Shown here: piece by piece, positions 37,343 through 45,812 of the stretch
Numbering within the stretch: the stretch's first letter is position 1
Layout: every line of letters begins with the position of its first letter
Origin: Halanaerobiales bacterium
Lineage (GTDB): Bacteria; Bacillota; Halanaerobiia; Halanaerobiales; M55B127
NCBI GenBank assembly: GCA_034521955.1
Contig: JAXHLT010000003.1
Span: 4,735-68,734 of the forward strand
Reading direction: 5' to 3'
DNA length: 64,000 nt
Notes under the pieces: model-generated
Told to the model about the DNA's origin: nothing
Databases searched by the model: none
The model's input: only the letters and a program-made list of their open reading frames with translations
Program-made: the position numbers and the translations under genes

Positions 37343-37567
37343 GTGGCTGAAGAGATAAAGGTTGATTGTAAAGGTGAAAACTGTCCAGTTCCACTAGTGG
37401 AAACTAGAAAAGCAGTTCGAAAAGCAAATAAAGGAGATATATTAGTTATTACTGGTGATCATTCTGCATCAAAAAAGGAAATACCTATGGCTGTTGAAGC
37501 AATGGGTTTAGAACTATTATCAGTTGAAGATAAAGATGATTATTGGGAAATTAAAATAAAGGTTTAG
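37343..37567 (+). CDS. TusA/SirA-family sulfur carrier
   Basis: 74 aa. DCKGENCPVPLVETRKAV carries the conserved CPxP active-site Cys motif. GTG start 3 nt after the preceding stop. Confidence 0.8.
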   Translation: MAEEIKVDCKGENCPVPLVETRKAVRKANKGDILVITGDHSASKKEIPMAVEAMGLELLSVEDKDDYWEIKIKV

Positions 37568-37577
37568 AGGTGTTATT

Positions 37578-38000
37578 ATGTCTACAGATAAAACTACTTT
37601 GATTGTAGAAAGTGGAGACTTTGATAAAATATACAGTGCCTTTATTATAGGTAATGGTGCTTTGGCTATGGGTATGGATGTCTCTATGTACTTTACATTT
37701 TGGGGATTAGAGAGATTAAAAAAGAACAATTTAGATAAAGGTCCTTTATCTAAGATGAACTTTTTAGGTTTAGGTAAGTTATATATGAAGTGGAAGATGA
37801 AAAAGGCAAATGTGAGACCATTAGATGATATGCTAGATGATTTTGTAGAGTTAGGTGGTAAAATATTTGCTTGTGATATGACAATGGAAATTATGGGAGT
37901 TACAAAGGAAGAATTAAGGGATGAAGTGATTACTGATTACTGTGCAGTAGGAACCTATATTAAAGAAGCCAGAGAATCAGAGATTACTTTATATATATAA
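37578..38000 (+). CDS. DsrE/DsrF/DrsE-like family protein
   Basis: 140 aa. TLIVESGDFDKIYSAFIIGNGALAMGMDVSMYFTFWGL and FACDMTMEIMG are typical of the DsrE-like (PF13686-type) proteins that accompany TusA. Confidence 0.65.
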   Translation: MSTDKTTLIVESGDFDKIYSAFIIGNGALAMGMDVSMYFTFWGLERLKKNNLDKGPLSKMNFLGLGKLYMKWKMKKANVRPLDDMLDDFVELGGKIFACDMTMEIMGVTKEELRDEVITDYCAVGTYIKEARESEITLYI

Positions 38001-38016
38001 AATTTGGGGTGATAAA

Positions 38017-39186
38017 ATGAATAATGATATAGTCTATCTTGACAATTCTGCTGTTACAAGATTAGATGAAGAAGTATTAGAGGCAATGAAGCCTTATTTT
38101 TTTGATACCTATGCTGTTGCAACTTCAGAATTTGCATATACAATGGGTATAGAAGCAAAAGAAGCCCTACAAAATGCAAGAGAAGTAATAGCTAATTCTC
38201 TAAATGCTGATAGTGATGAAATAATATTTACTTCTGGAGCAACAGAGTCAAATAATTTAGCATTAAAAGGTATAATGTATAATCAAAAAGAAAAAGGGCA
38301 TTTAATAGTTTCAAAATTAGAAGATTTTTCTGTGTTAAACACAGCTAAAGTTTTGGAAAAACAAGGATTTGATGTGTCGTATATTAATGTGGATTCTAAA
38401 GGTAAAATAGACTTAGATGAACTAAAAGATACAGTTAGAGAAGACACTGTGTTAGTATCTATTCAACATGCTAATCAGGAAATTGGAACAGTTCAAAATA
38501 TAGAAGAAATTGCAAAATATTTAGATGAAAAAAATATACTTTTTCATACTGATGCTACACATTCATATAAGAGAATAAATATAGATGTAAAAAAAATACC
38601 TGTAGATTTAATCACTGTTTCTGCTCATACAATACACGGACCACGCGGTATTGGAGCACTTTATAAGAAAAAAGATGTAAAACTACAGAAAATTATGGAC
38701 GGTGGTTTTCAGGAGAACAACTTAAGAGCAGGTGTAGAAAATATTCCTGCAGCAGTTGGATTTGCAAAAGCTGTGGAATTAATTACTGAAAAAGAAAATG
38801 ATAAAATTAAAACCTTAAGAGATTTATTAATAAAAAAAGTTCAAGATCAAATTGAAGATGTCACTTTAAATGGTTCGAGGACTGATAGAACACCACAGAA
38901 TGCTAATATTACATTCCATTATGTTGAGGGTGAATCTATTACATTACACCTTGATATGAGAGGATTTGCAGTTAGCACAGGTTCTGCTTGTTTTAGTAAA
39001 TCACTTGAAGCCAGTCATGTAATACTTGGTATTGGTGGAGATCATGAAAGAGCACATGGTTCTATTAGATTTACTTTTAGTCGATATAATACTGAAGAAG
39101 ATGTAGATAAAGTTGTAGAAGCAATTAAAGATGTAGTAAATAACTTAAGAGAAATAAGTCCATTAGGTAAGAAAGGAAGTGAGTAA
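38017..39186 (+). CDS. nifS: Cysteine desulfurase (NifS/IscS class)
   Basis: YLDNSAVT, FTSGATESNN, HTDATHS (PLP Lys region SAHTIHGPRGIGAL), active-site loop STGSACFS. Confidence 0.9.
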   Translation: MNNDIVYLDNSAVTRLDEEVLEAMKPYFFDTYAVATSEFAYTMGIEAKEALQNAREVIANSLNADSDEIIFTSGATESNNLALKGIMYNQKEKGHLIVSKLEDFSVLNTAKVLEKQGFDVSYINVDSKGKIDLDELKDTVREDTVLVSIQHANQEIGTVQNIEEIAKYLDEKNILFHTDATHSYKRINIDVKKIPVDLITVSAHTIHGPRGIGALYKKKDVKLQKIMDGGFQENNLRAGVENIPAAVGFAKAVELITEKENDKIKTLRDLLIKKVQDQIEDVTLNGSRTDRTPQNANITFHYVEGESITLHLDMRGFAVSTGSACFSKSLEASHVILGIGGDHERAHGSIRFTFSRYNTEEDVDKVVEAIKDVVNNLREISPLGKKGSE

Positions 39187-39187
39187 G

Positions 39188-39823
39188 ATGAGTTCTCCTT
39201 ATAGTGATAAAGTTTTAGAATATTTTCAAAATCCAAAAAATGTAGGTGAAATAGAGAATCCAGATGGTATTGCCAAAGAAGGTTCACCAGCTTGTGGAGA
39301 TATGGTTCAACTTTATTTAAAAGTAGATAAAAAAGATCAAACAATAACTGATATTAAATTTCGTTCTTACGGCTGTGCATCAAATATTGCTACTGGTTCA
39401 ATTATAACTGAAATGGCAAAGGATAGAACCATAGAGGAAGCAAAAAATATCACCTGGCAACAGGCTGCTGATGAATTAGGCGGCTTACCAGCAATAAAAA
39501 ATCATTGTTCTGTATTAGCAGTTGATGCATTAAAAGAGGCAATTAGAGACTATGAAGAAAAAAATGGTTTAGTAAAAGAACAGGTACCGACTACTATTGA
39601 GGTTATTAAAGAAAGATTAAAACATGTAATGAATCCAATTCATGGACTTGATGTTTTAAAAACAAACTTAATTGAAGATATAGAATTAAAAGATAAAAAA
39701 ATAATAGTAACAGTTGATTTAGCCGAAGACCATCAATTTGCACCGGTTTTAAAAGAAGATATTAAAGAAAAATTAGAAAATCGCTGGGATATTGAGGATA
39801 TAATAGTAAAATACAGAGAATAA
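39188..39823 (+). CDS. iscU: IscU/NifU-type Fe-S scaffold fused to a DUF59 (MIP18-like) C-terminal domain
   Basis: GSPACGDMV, YGCASNIATGS and HCSVLAVDAL provide the three scaffold Cys. The C-terminus VKERLKHVMNPIHGLDVLKTNLIEDIELKDKKIIVTVDL is DUF59-like. ATG 39188 immediately follows the nifS stop (the track used GTG 39179). Confidence 0.8.
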   Translation: MSSPYSDKVLEYFQNPKNVGEIENPDGIAKEGSPACGDMVQLYLKVDKKDQTITDIKFRSYGCASNIATGSIITEMAKDRTIEEAKNITWQQAADELGGLPAIKNHCSVLAVDALKEAIRDYEEKNGLVKEQVPTTIEVIKERLKHVMNPIHGLDVLKTNLIEDIELKDKKIIVTVDLAEDHQFAPVLKEDIKEKLENRWDIEDIIVKYRE

Positions 39824-40001
39824 ATAATAATTTATTAGTGAGAATATAGTCCCCTTTAGTCGATAGGTTAAGTAATTAAACCTTAAAACTTAAAGGGGTT
39901 TTTTATTATATAACAATTTAATTATTTACATTCTTTATCTATTGGAGTATTATTAAATTAATAGTTTCTTATTGGAGGTGATTTGTATTAATCTAGAAAG
40001 T

Positions 40002-40763
40002 ATGTTAGAAGAATTAAAAAAATTAGTGAAACATATTGGAAAGTATCAATTAGACAACTTAGATAAAGATATTTCTGTACAAAAGAAATCTTCAGCTATT
40101 GATTTAGTGTCAGAGATTGATAAAAATTCAGAAGAGATGATTATTGAATGGATTAATAGTAATTTTTCTGAACACAATATATTAGCTGAAGAACAGGGAA
40201 CTACAAACAAGGGCTCTGAATATACTTGGGTAATTGATCCTTTAGATGGTACAACAAATTATATACACGGTTTTCCACTTTTTTCAATATCAATAGCCTT
40301 AATGAGAGAGGATAAACCAATTCTAGGTTTAATTTATGCCCCGTATTTAAACGAACTATACTATGCTATTGAAAATAAAGGAGCTTATTTGAATAATAAA
40401 AAGATATTTGTATCAAAAGAAGAAACTTTAATGGATAGTCTATTAGTTACGGGATTCCCATATGATTTTAAAAATAATAAACACAATAATATTGATGTAT
40501 TTAAAAGTCTAATATTAAAATCAAGGGGAATAAGAAGGATTGGGAGTGCAGCATATGATTTAGCAGCAGTTGCAGCTGGGAGATTTGATGGTTTTTGGGA
40601 GTTCAAATTAAATCCCTGGGATGTTAAAGCTGGAGTTGTTATTATAAAAGAAGCTGGAGGAACTGTAATAGAAACTGATTATAAAGGAAGCGATTTAATT
40701 ATTGCTGGCAGTGATAAAATAACAAAAGAAATTATGAATGAAATAAAAAATATATATGGGTAA
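40002..40763 (+). CDS. Inositol monophosphatase family protein (SuhB-like)
   Basis: LAEEQG, WVIDPLDGTTNY, GFWEFKLNPWDVKAG. The start is uncertain (TTG 39972 in the track, ATG 40002 here). Confidence 0.8.
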   Translation: MLEELKKLVKHIGKYQLDNLDKDISVQKKSSAIDLVSEIDKNSEEMIIEWINSNFSEHNILAEEQGTTNKGSEYTWVIDPLDGTTNYIHGFPLFSISIALMREDKPILGLIYAPYLNELYYAIENKGAYLNNKKIFVSKEETLMDSLLVTGFPYDFKNNKHNNIDVFKSLILKSRGIRRIGSAAYDLAAVAAGRFDGFWEFKLNPWDVKAGVVIIKEAGGTVIETDYKGSDLIIAGSDKITKEIMNEIKNIYG

Positions 40764-40768
40764 TAAAA

Positions 40769-40794
40769 AAAGGAGAGCAGTTAAGCTCTCCTTT
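40769..40794. terminator. Terminator hairpin (mainly for minus-strand ndh2; shared with the + gene)
   Basis: Perfect 10-bp stem AAAGGAGAGC/GCUCUCCUUU. The U-run is on the minus-strand side. Confidence 0.75.
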
Positions 40795-40814
40795 AATTAA
40801 TTAAATTAGTGTAT

Positions 40815-42593
40815 TTATGCAGATCTGTCTTTGCGGTAACTAACCGGTTTTTTATTTAAATTGAAAAGCCAAGGCATAACATAATAGTCTAAACCGAAAG
40901 CTCTTCCTGCTCCTGCAAGTAAAGTGATTGAAATTAATAATATCCAAAGTGGTTCCCAAATACCAGCTGTAGAACCAATAGCACCAATTACAAAGTTAAC
41001 ACTTAATGCTATTGAGACAAGTGCAAATATAAATGTAAATAGTCCTGCTATTAATGCTAGTCCTATAATAAGTTCTGTTATAACCATTACTTTTTGGAAA
41101 AACACCTGATTAGGTACTACAAATGTTTCCATTAAGGTTACATAAAAGTCTGGTGTTCCAGCACTCCATAAATAAGATGAAGCACCTGATACTAAGTATT
41201 CTTCTGAACCTAACCACCCGGTTTGAACTTTATCTATACCTGAAAGTAAGAACCTTAATCCAACAAATATTCTTAGAAAGGCTAACCAGAAGGTTCCGGA
41301 TTTTTTCATCATATGTCTTACAACCATACCTATACCTCCTCGTGTATCTTTAAATTGATGTTCAATATAATCTCCTATTAAACTAAAACCGCCAATTCCA
41401 AATAAATAATGCATATTTATCAAATGTTTAGTAAACATAGCCCAAAAACCTTTAAGTTTAAGTGTATAATCACCAAACGGTTTTAATTCAGCTACAGCAT
41501 AATTTGAACCTACAGAAACCATAATACCATGCATTTGTGGTTCGAAAACTTCCAATGATTTGTTTTTAATTTTGGCTTCAATATTTTCTGCAACACATTC
41601 TCCACCTTGAACAGCTGCCTCAACTAACTGAGGGAGTGGATGTTCTAAGTCATGAGTGAACAATGCATTATCACCAATAGCATATACATTATCAAATTTT
41701 GTGGTTTGTAAATATTTATCAACTTTTATACGATTATCTCTACTTAATTCAAGATCGGTTTCTTTAAGAATTTCTTTACCTTTAACTCCACCTGTCCAGA
41801 TAACAGTGTTAGAATCAATTCTTTTTCTGTCATCACCATCTGATTGTGTTTCACTTATTTCAATGTAGTCTTTGGTAACATTACAGATTGCATATCCATC
41901 AATAATTTCAACATCTAACTCTTCTTCTAAATAATCTTCTGCAAGACTACATTGGTCATCAGATAAAACAGGTAGTATTCTTTCTAAAGCTTCAACTACA
42001 ATTAAGTTAACTTCACTTTTAGAAATATCATAGGTAAGACATAAATCATCAAACCATTCACCTAACTCACCAGCAGTTTCAATACCGGTAAAGCCACCGC
42101 CCCCAATTATAAATGTTAACATTTTTTTACGCTTTTTTAAATCTGATTCATTAGCAGCTAACTTAAACATATTTCTAATATGTTCTCTTAATGTTAGCGC
42201 ATCTTCTTGAGACCATAAAGTAAACGAATTATGTTCCATACCAGGTATATTATAATAGGTAGGTTCACTACCAATACCTAAAACTAAATGGTCATAATTG
42301 TATACCTGATTTTCGGAGCTGATTTGATTATTTTCTAAATCAAAACCAGTTATTCTGTCTTTGATAATATTTACTTTAGTATTTTCAAAGATTTGTTCAA
42401 TAGAAACTTCAACTCCACTTTTGTCGACTCTGTTTCCAGCAACTTCGTGTAACTCGGTTAATAAAATATGTTCATCGCGATCATTTATTAGATCGATATA
42501 TACTTCTGGATCTTTACGGAATTTTTTATTTAATCTTCTTGCTGCTTCAATTCCAGCATATCCAGCACCGAGTATTAGTATTCTCTTGCTCAT
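40815..42593 (-). CDS. ndh: Type II NADH dehydrogenase (NDH-2) fused to a C-terminal DoxX-like multi-TM domain
   Basis: RBS AAGGGGGA then ATG 42593 (the track starts at 42638). ILILGAGYAGIE and IIGGGGFTGIE are the dinucleotide folds. The last ~170 aa are 4 TM segments ending GRAFGLDYY, which is DoxX-like. Confidence 0.8.
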   Translation of the reverse strand: MSKRILILGAGYAGIEAARRLNKKFRKDPEVYIDLINDRDEHILLTELHEVAGNRVDKSGVEVSIEQIFENTKVNIIKDRITGFDLENNQISSENQVYNYDHLVLGIGSEPTYYNIPGMEHNSFTLWSQEDALTLREHIRNMFKLAANESDLKKRKKMLTFIIGGGGFTGIETAGELGEWFDDLCLTYDISKSEVNLIVVEALERILPVLSDDQCSLAEDYLEEELDVEIIDGYAICNVTKDYIEISETQSDGDDRKRIDSNTVIWTGGVKGKEILKETDLELSRDNRIKVDKYLQTTKFDNVYAIGDNALFTHDLEHPLPQLVEAAVQGGECVAENIEAKIKNKSLEVFEPQMHGIMVSVGSNYAVAELKPFGDYTLKLKGFWAMFTKHLINMHYLFGIGGFSLIGDYIEHQFKDTRGGIGMVVRHMMKKSGTFWLAFLRIFVGLRFLLSGIDKVQTGWLGSEEYLVSGASSYLWSAGTPDFYVTLMETFVVPNQVFFQKVMVITELIIGLALIAGLFTFIFALVSIALSVNFVIGAIGSTAGIWEPLWILLISITLLAGAGRAFGLDYYVMPWLFNLNKKPVSYRKDRSA

Positions 42594-42826
42594 ATAATCC
42601 CCCTTTACTAAATGATATTTTATAATGTGAATTTTCAAACTTAAATTAATATATAATTCACAATAAAAGATAAAATTTATTTACTTACTAATTTAAATAA
42701 TAACTTATCTTAACAATATTTTTCAAGATAAATCTGAGTTTTCCTCTAAAATTTATCTAATTAATTTGCATTTTGAGAAAAAATTCATTATAATATATTA
42801 CATAATAGACAAAAGGAGGGATAGCT

Positions 42827-43531
42827 GTGAGAAAAATCACACAAAAATCAATTTTATCTTTAGTTGCAATCTTTGTATTAGTTGCTGCATTTTCTGTAGT
42901 AGCTGGAGCACAGGATTTAAATGATGGTGAATATGTTGGTCATGTTCCTGGTGATCATGGAGACATAGTTATTGAGGTGAAAGTTAATTTTGGAGAAATT
43001 ACTGGGGTAGAGATTTTAAACAATCTTAAAATCACTAAATATCCACATGAAGAAGCTCGCGAATATTTTGTCAACTTTCCTTCAGCTGTAATTAGAAACC
43101 AAGGTACTGAAGGTATTGACGTAATTTCAGGTGCTACAGGTTCCCATGAGTCATATACTGAAGCTGTTAATATGGCTGTTAGTATTGCAAATGGTACTTA
43201 TGAAGGAAATACTTTTTATGGTGTGGGTAGAGATTATGAACATGGTCACTATTTAGTAAAAGCTGTAATTGAAGGAGAAGAAATTCAATCTGTAGAAATC
43301 GTTACAGCCAAAGATCCTGAGAATGAAGCACTTGTAGGAGACAAAGTTGCAGGAGATTATCCTTATGAAGAAGCTGTAGAAACATTTGAAAAATGGCCAG
43401 AAATGGTTGTTGAAAATCAATCTGTTAATGTAGACGTTGTTTCTGGTGCTACACATACAGATCATGGTTTAAATGGTGCTTTAGCACAATGTTTAACACA
43501 AGCTGGTTTAAATCCAGACGACTATAAATAA
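42827..43531 (+). CDS. Secreted protein with two FMN-binding (FMN_bind) domains, PplA-like
   Basis: Signal peptide ...VLVAAFSVVAGA/QD with no lipobox Cys. Two domains each end in the flavinylation motif (VISGATGS and VVSGATHT). GTG start after AAGGAGGGA. Confidence 0.7.
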   Translation: MRKITQKSILSLVAIFVLVAAFSVVAGAQDLNDGEYVGHVPGDHGDIVIEVKVNFGEITGVEILNNLKITKYPHEEAREYFVNFPSAVIRNQGTEGIDVISGATGSHESYTEAVNMAVSIANGTYEGNTFYGVGRDYEHGHYLVKAVIEGEEIQSVEIVTAKDPENEALVGDKVAGDYPYEEAVETFEKWPEMVVENQSVNVDVVSGATHTDHGLNGALAQCLTQAGLNPDDYK

Positions 43532-43558
43532 ACACAAAAATTAATATTATACTTATGA

Positions 43559-43587
43559 TAAGAGCCCTTTAATTAGGGCTCTTGTTT
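43559..43587 (+). terminator. Hairpin, weak terminator
   Basis: AGAGCCC-UUUAAUUA-GGGCUCU then UGUUU. Confidence 0.5.
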
Positions 43588-43626
43588 AATAGTATAAATA
43601 ACTAAAAGATAAGGTGACGATTAATA

Positions 43627-44709
43627 ATGAATTATAAAAGATTTGCTTTTGCAGTATTAATATTACTAATTATAGTTACAGGTGTATATTTTATTAGTGA
43701 TAATAATAACAATGAATCAACTCAAATCAATAATGAAAATAATAACAATGTAGAAGTTAAGCAAAGTGAAGGCTCTGAATTTTTAATGAACACATTAGTA
43801 AGAGTACGCATTCATGATGAAAAATCTGAAGAGATTCTAGAAGGAGTCTTAGACAGAATTAGAGAATTGGAAAACATTTTAAGTAAAACCATTGAAAATA
43901 GTGATGTATACAAAATTAATCTTAATGCAGGTAAAGAACCTGTACAAGTAGATAAAAGAACCTATGAATTATTGGAAGAAGCATTGTTTTTTGCTGAAAA
44001 GACTAATGGTTCATTTGATCCAAGTATTAATCCTATAGTATCATTATGGGGAATAGGTACTAAAGATGAAAGAGTTCCTTCAGAAGAAGAAATCAAAAAT
44101 ACTATCAGAAAAGTTAATTATAATAACCTTGCATTAATGGATGATAATAATGTATACTTAGAAAATGAAGATATGTCAATAGATTTAGGTGCAATAGCTA
44201 AGGGTTATGCAGCTGATAAAATAATTACATATTTAAGTGAAAATGATGTTGAAAGTGCTTTTATAAATATGGGTGGTAATGTATCTGTACATAGAAAAAA
44301 AGTTGATGGTTCTTTATGGAATATTGGAATTCAGGATCCTGATCGTACAAGAGGAAATATTATTGCAGCTGTAAAAGGTGAAGATATTTCTGTTGTGACT
44401 TCAGGTAATTATGAAAGATATTTTACTGAAGCAGGAGTAAGATATCATCATATAATTGATCCTGAAAGTGGTTATCCAGCCAAAAACGGTATCATAAGTT
44501 CAACAGTTATTTCAAATGATTCAAGTTATGCTGATGCACTATCTACTTCACTTTATATATTGGGAGTAGAAAAAGCATTTGAGTTAGTCAAAGATATGGA
44601 AGATATTAATATAGTTTTAATAACTGAAGAGGACAAAGCTTATGTAAGTAAAGATCTAAAAGATAAAATAACATTTACTGTTGATGAGCTTGATGTTATA
44701 TATAAATAA
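43627..44709 (+). CDS. apbE: ApbE-family FAD:protein FMN transferase (FmnB-like), membrane-anchored
   Basis: N-terminal TM anchor. FDPSINPIVSLWG, DLGAIAKGYAADK, GGNV, HHIIDPESGYPA are ApbE hallmarks. Confidence 0.85.
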   Translation: MNYKRFAFAVLILLIIVTGVYFISDNNNNESTQINNENNNNVEVKQSEGSEFLMNTLVRVRIHDEKSEEILEGVLDRIRELENILSKTIENSDVYKINLNAGKEPVQVDKRTYELLEEALFFAEKTNGSFDPSINPIVSLWGIGTKDERVPSEEEIKNTIRKVNYNNLALMDDNNVYLENEDMSIDLGAIAKGYAADKIITYLSENDVESAFINMGGNVSVHRKKVDGSLWNIGIQDPDRTRGNIIAAVKGEDISVVTSGNYERYFTEAGVRYHHIIDPESGYPAKNGIISSTVISNDSSYADALSTSLYILGVEKAFELVKDMEDINIVLITEEDKAYVSKDLKDKITFTVDELDVIYK

Positions 44710-44736
44710 TATATTAAGTTAAATGTAGGTGATTAT

Positions 44737-45723
44737 ATGTTTTGGGATCAGTATCCCGAGTTTTCAGATGAATTAAATAATTTTGAAGGATACTTTCAGG
44801 ATCAATTATCAAGCAGCAATAGATTAATATCTGATGAAATTAAAAGACTTGCTCAGGCGGGTGGTAAAAGGATAAGACCAGCCTTGGTGTTAGCTGTAGG
44901 TCATCTTGGAGATTATAATAAAGATAGGATTTGGCCGATGGCATCAGCTATGGAAATGATACATTTAGCTACTTTAATTCATGATGATGTTATTGATAAG
45001 TCTCCTTTAAGAAGAGGTGTGAATACCACACATAAGCATTATTCAAATAAAACCGCTATTTTTATGGGGGATTATCTTTTTGCATTAGCAATTGAAGTTA
45101 TTATAAGTGAGTTTGGTAATGAAAATATAGATGACGCCTTATTAAGGCAGATTAAAAACACAATAAAAAGTATTAAGCTGCTTTGTGAAGGAGAAGTTTC
45201 TCAGTTCGAAAGACAGTATAAAAAAATACCTTCTTTTAAACAATACTTAGAAGGAATTAAAAGAAAAACTGCTCTGATGTTTAAATCAAGCACATTATTG
45301 GGAGCAGATTTATCTAAAATGAATAAATATCAAGTATATAAGATGGGTAAATTAGGATATTATATGGGGATGTCTTTTCAGTTGGTTGATGACCTTTTTG
45401 ATTTTCAAGAAAAAAATGAAAAGCTGGGAAAACCTCAAAAAAATGATTTTACTCAAGGTATTTTCACATTACCAATTATTTATGTATATAATGAAGGGGA
45501 TAAAGTTTTAAGAGAAAAACTTGATAAGTACTTAGATGAGCCAGAAAAGTACTCAGAAGAAATTAAAAAAATAGTTCATAAAAATGGTGGAATTGAATAT
45601 ACAGAGAAATTAGCTTATAGATATAAAGATAAAGCACAAAATATTATTGGTTCATATCAGGATAATTATTATGGAGAAATAATTTACTGGTTGACGGAAA
45701 AAATTATAGGAAGAAGATTTTAA
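44737..45723 (+). CDS. trans-Polyprenyl diphosphate synthase (HepT/IspB/DmkB-like)
   Basis: GGKRIRP, first DDxxD LIHDDVIDKS, second QLVDDLFDF, KT..DF.QG. Confidence 0.85.
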   Translation: MFWDQYPEFSDELNNFEGYFQDQLSSSNRLISDEIKRLAQAGGKRIRPALVLAVGHLGDYNKDRIWPMASAMEMIHLATLIHDDVIDKSPLRRGVNTTHKHYSNKTAIFMGDYLFALAIEVIISEFGNENIDDALLRQIKNTIKSIKLLCEGEVSQFERQYKKIPSFKQYLEGIKRKTALMFKSSTLLGADLSKMNKYQVYKMGKLGYYMGMSFQLVDDLFDFQEKNEKLGKPQKNDFTQGIFTLPIIYVYNEGDKVLREKLDKYLDEPEKYSEEIKKIVHKNGGIEYTEKLAYRYKDKAQNIIGSYQDNYYGEIIYWLTEKIIGRRF

Positions 45724-45750
45724 AACATCGGTTTACCGGTGTTTTTTTTT
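45723..45750 (+). terminator. Intrinsic terminator
   Basis: AACAUCGG-UUUA-CCGGUGUU followed by U9. Confidence 0.8.
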
Positions 45751-45812
45751 ATCTTTTTTTATGGTATAATAGTTAAATATAGAACAAGAGTTCGCTTTCG
45801 AGGTGAAAATAT

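Noticed and set aside
40924-42597. Several 60-78-aa + strand ORFs inside the ndh2 locus, and similar antisense ORFs elsewhere (1577-1789, 7354-7680, 51876-52172, 53466-53843, 55573-55902, 57114-57896).
   Set aside because: All are embedded antisense to long ORFs with clear family motifs. They lack RBSs and have Ser/Leu/Ile-rich composition typical of antisense frames in AT-rich genomes.
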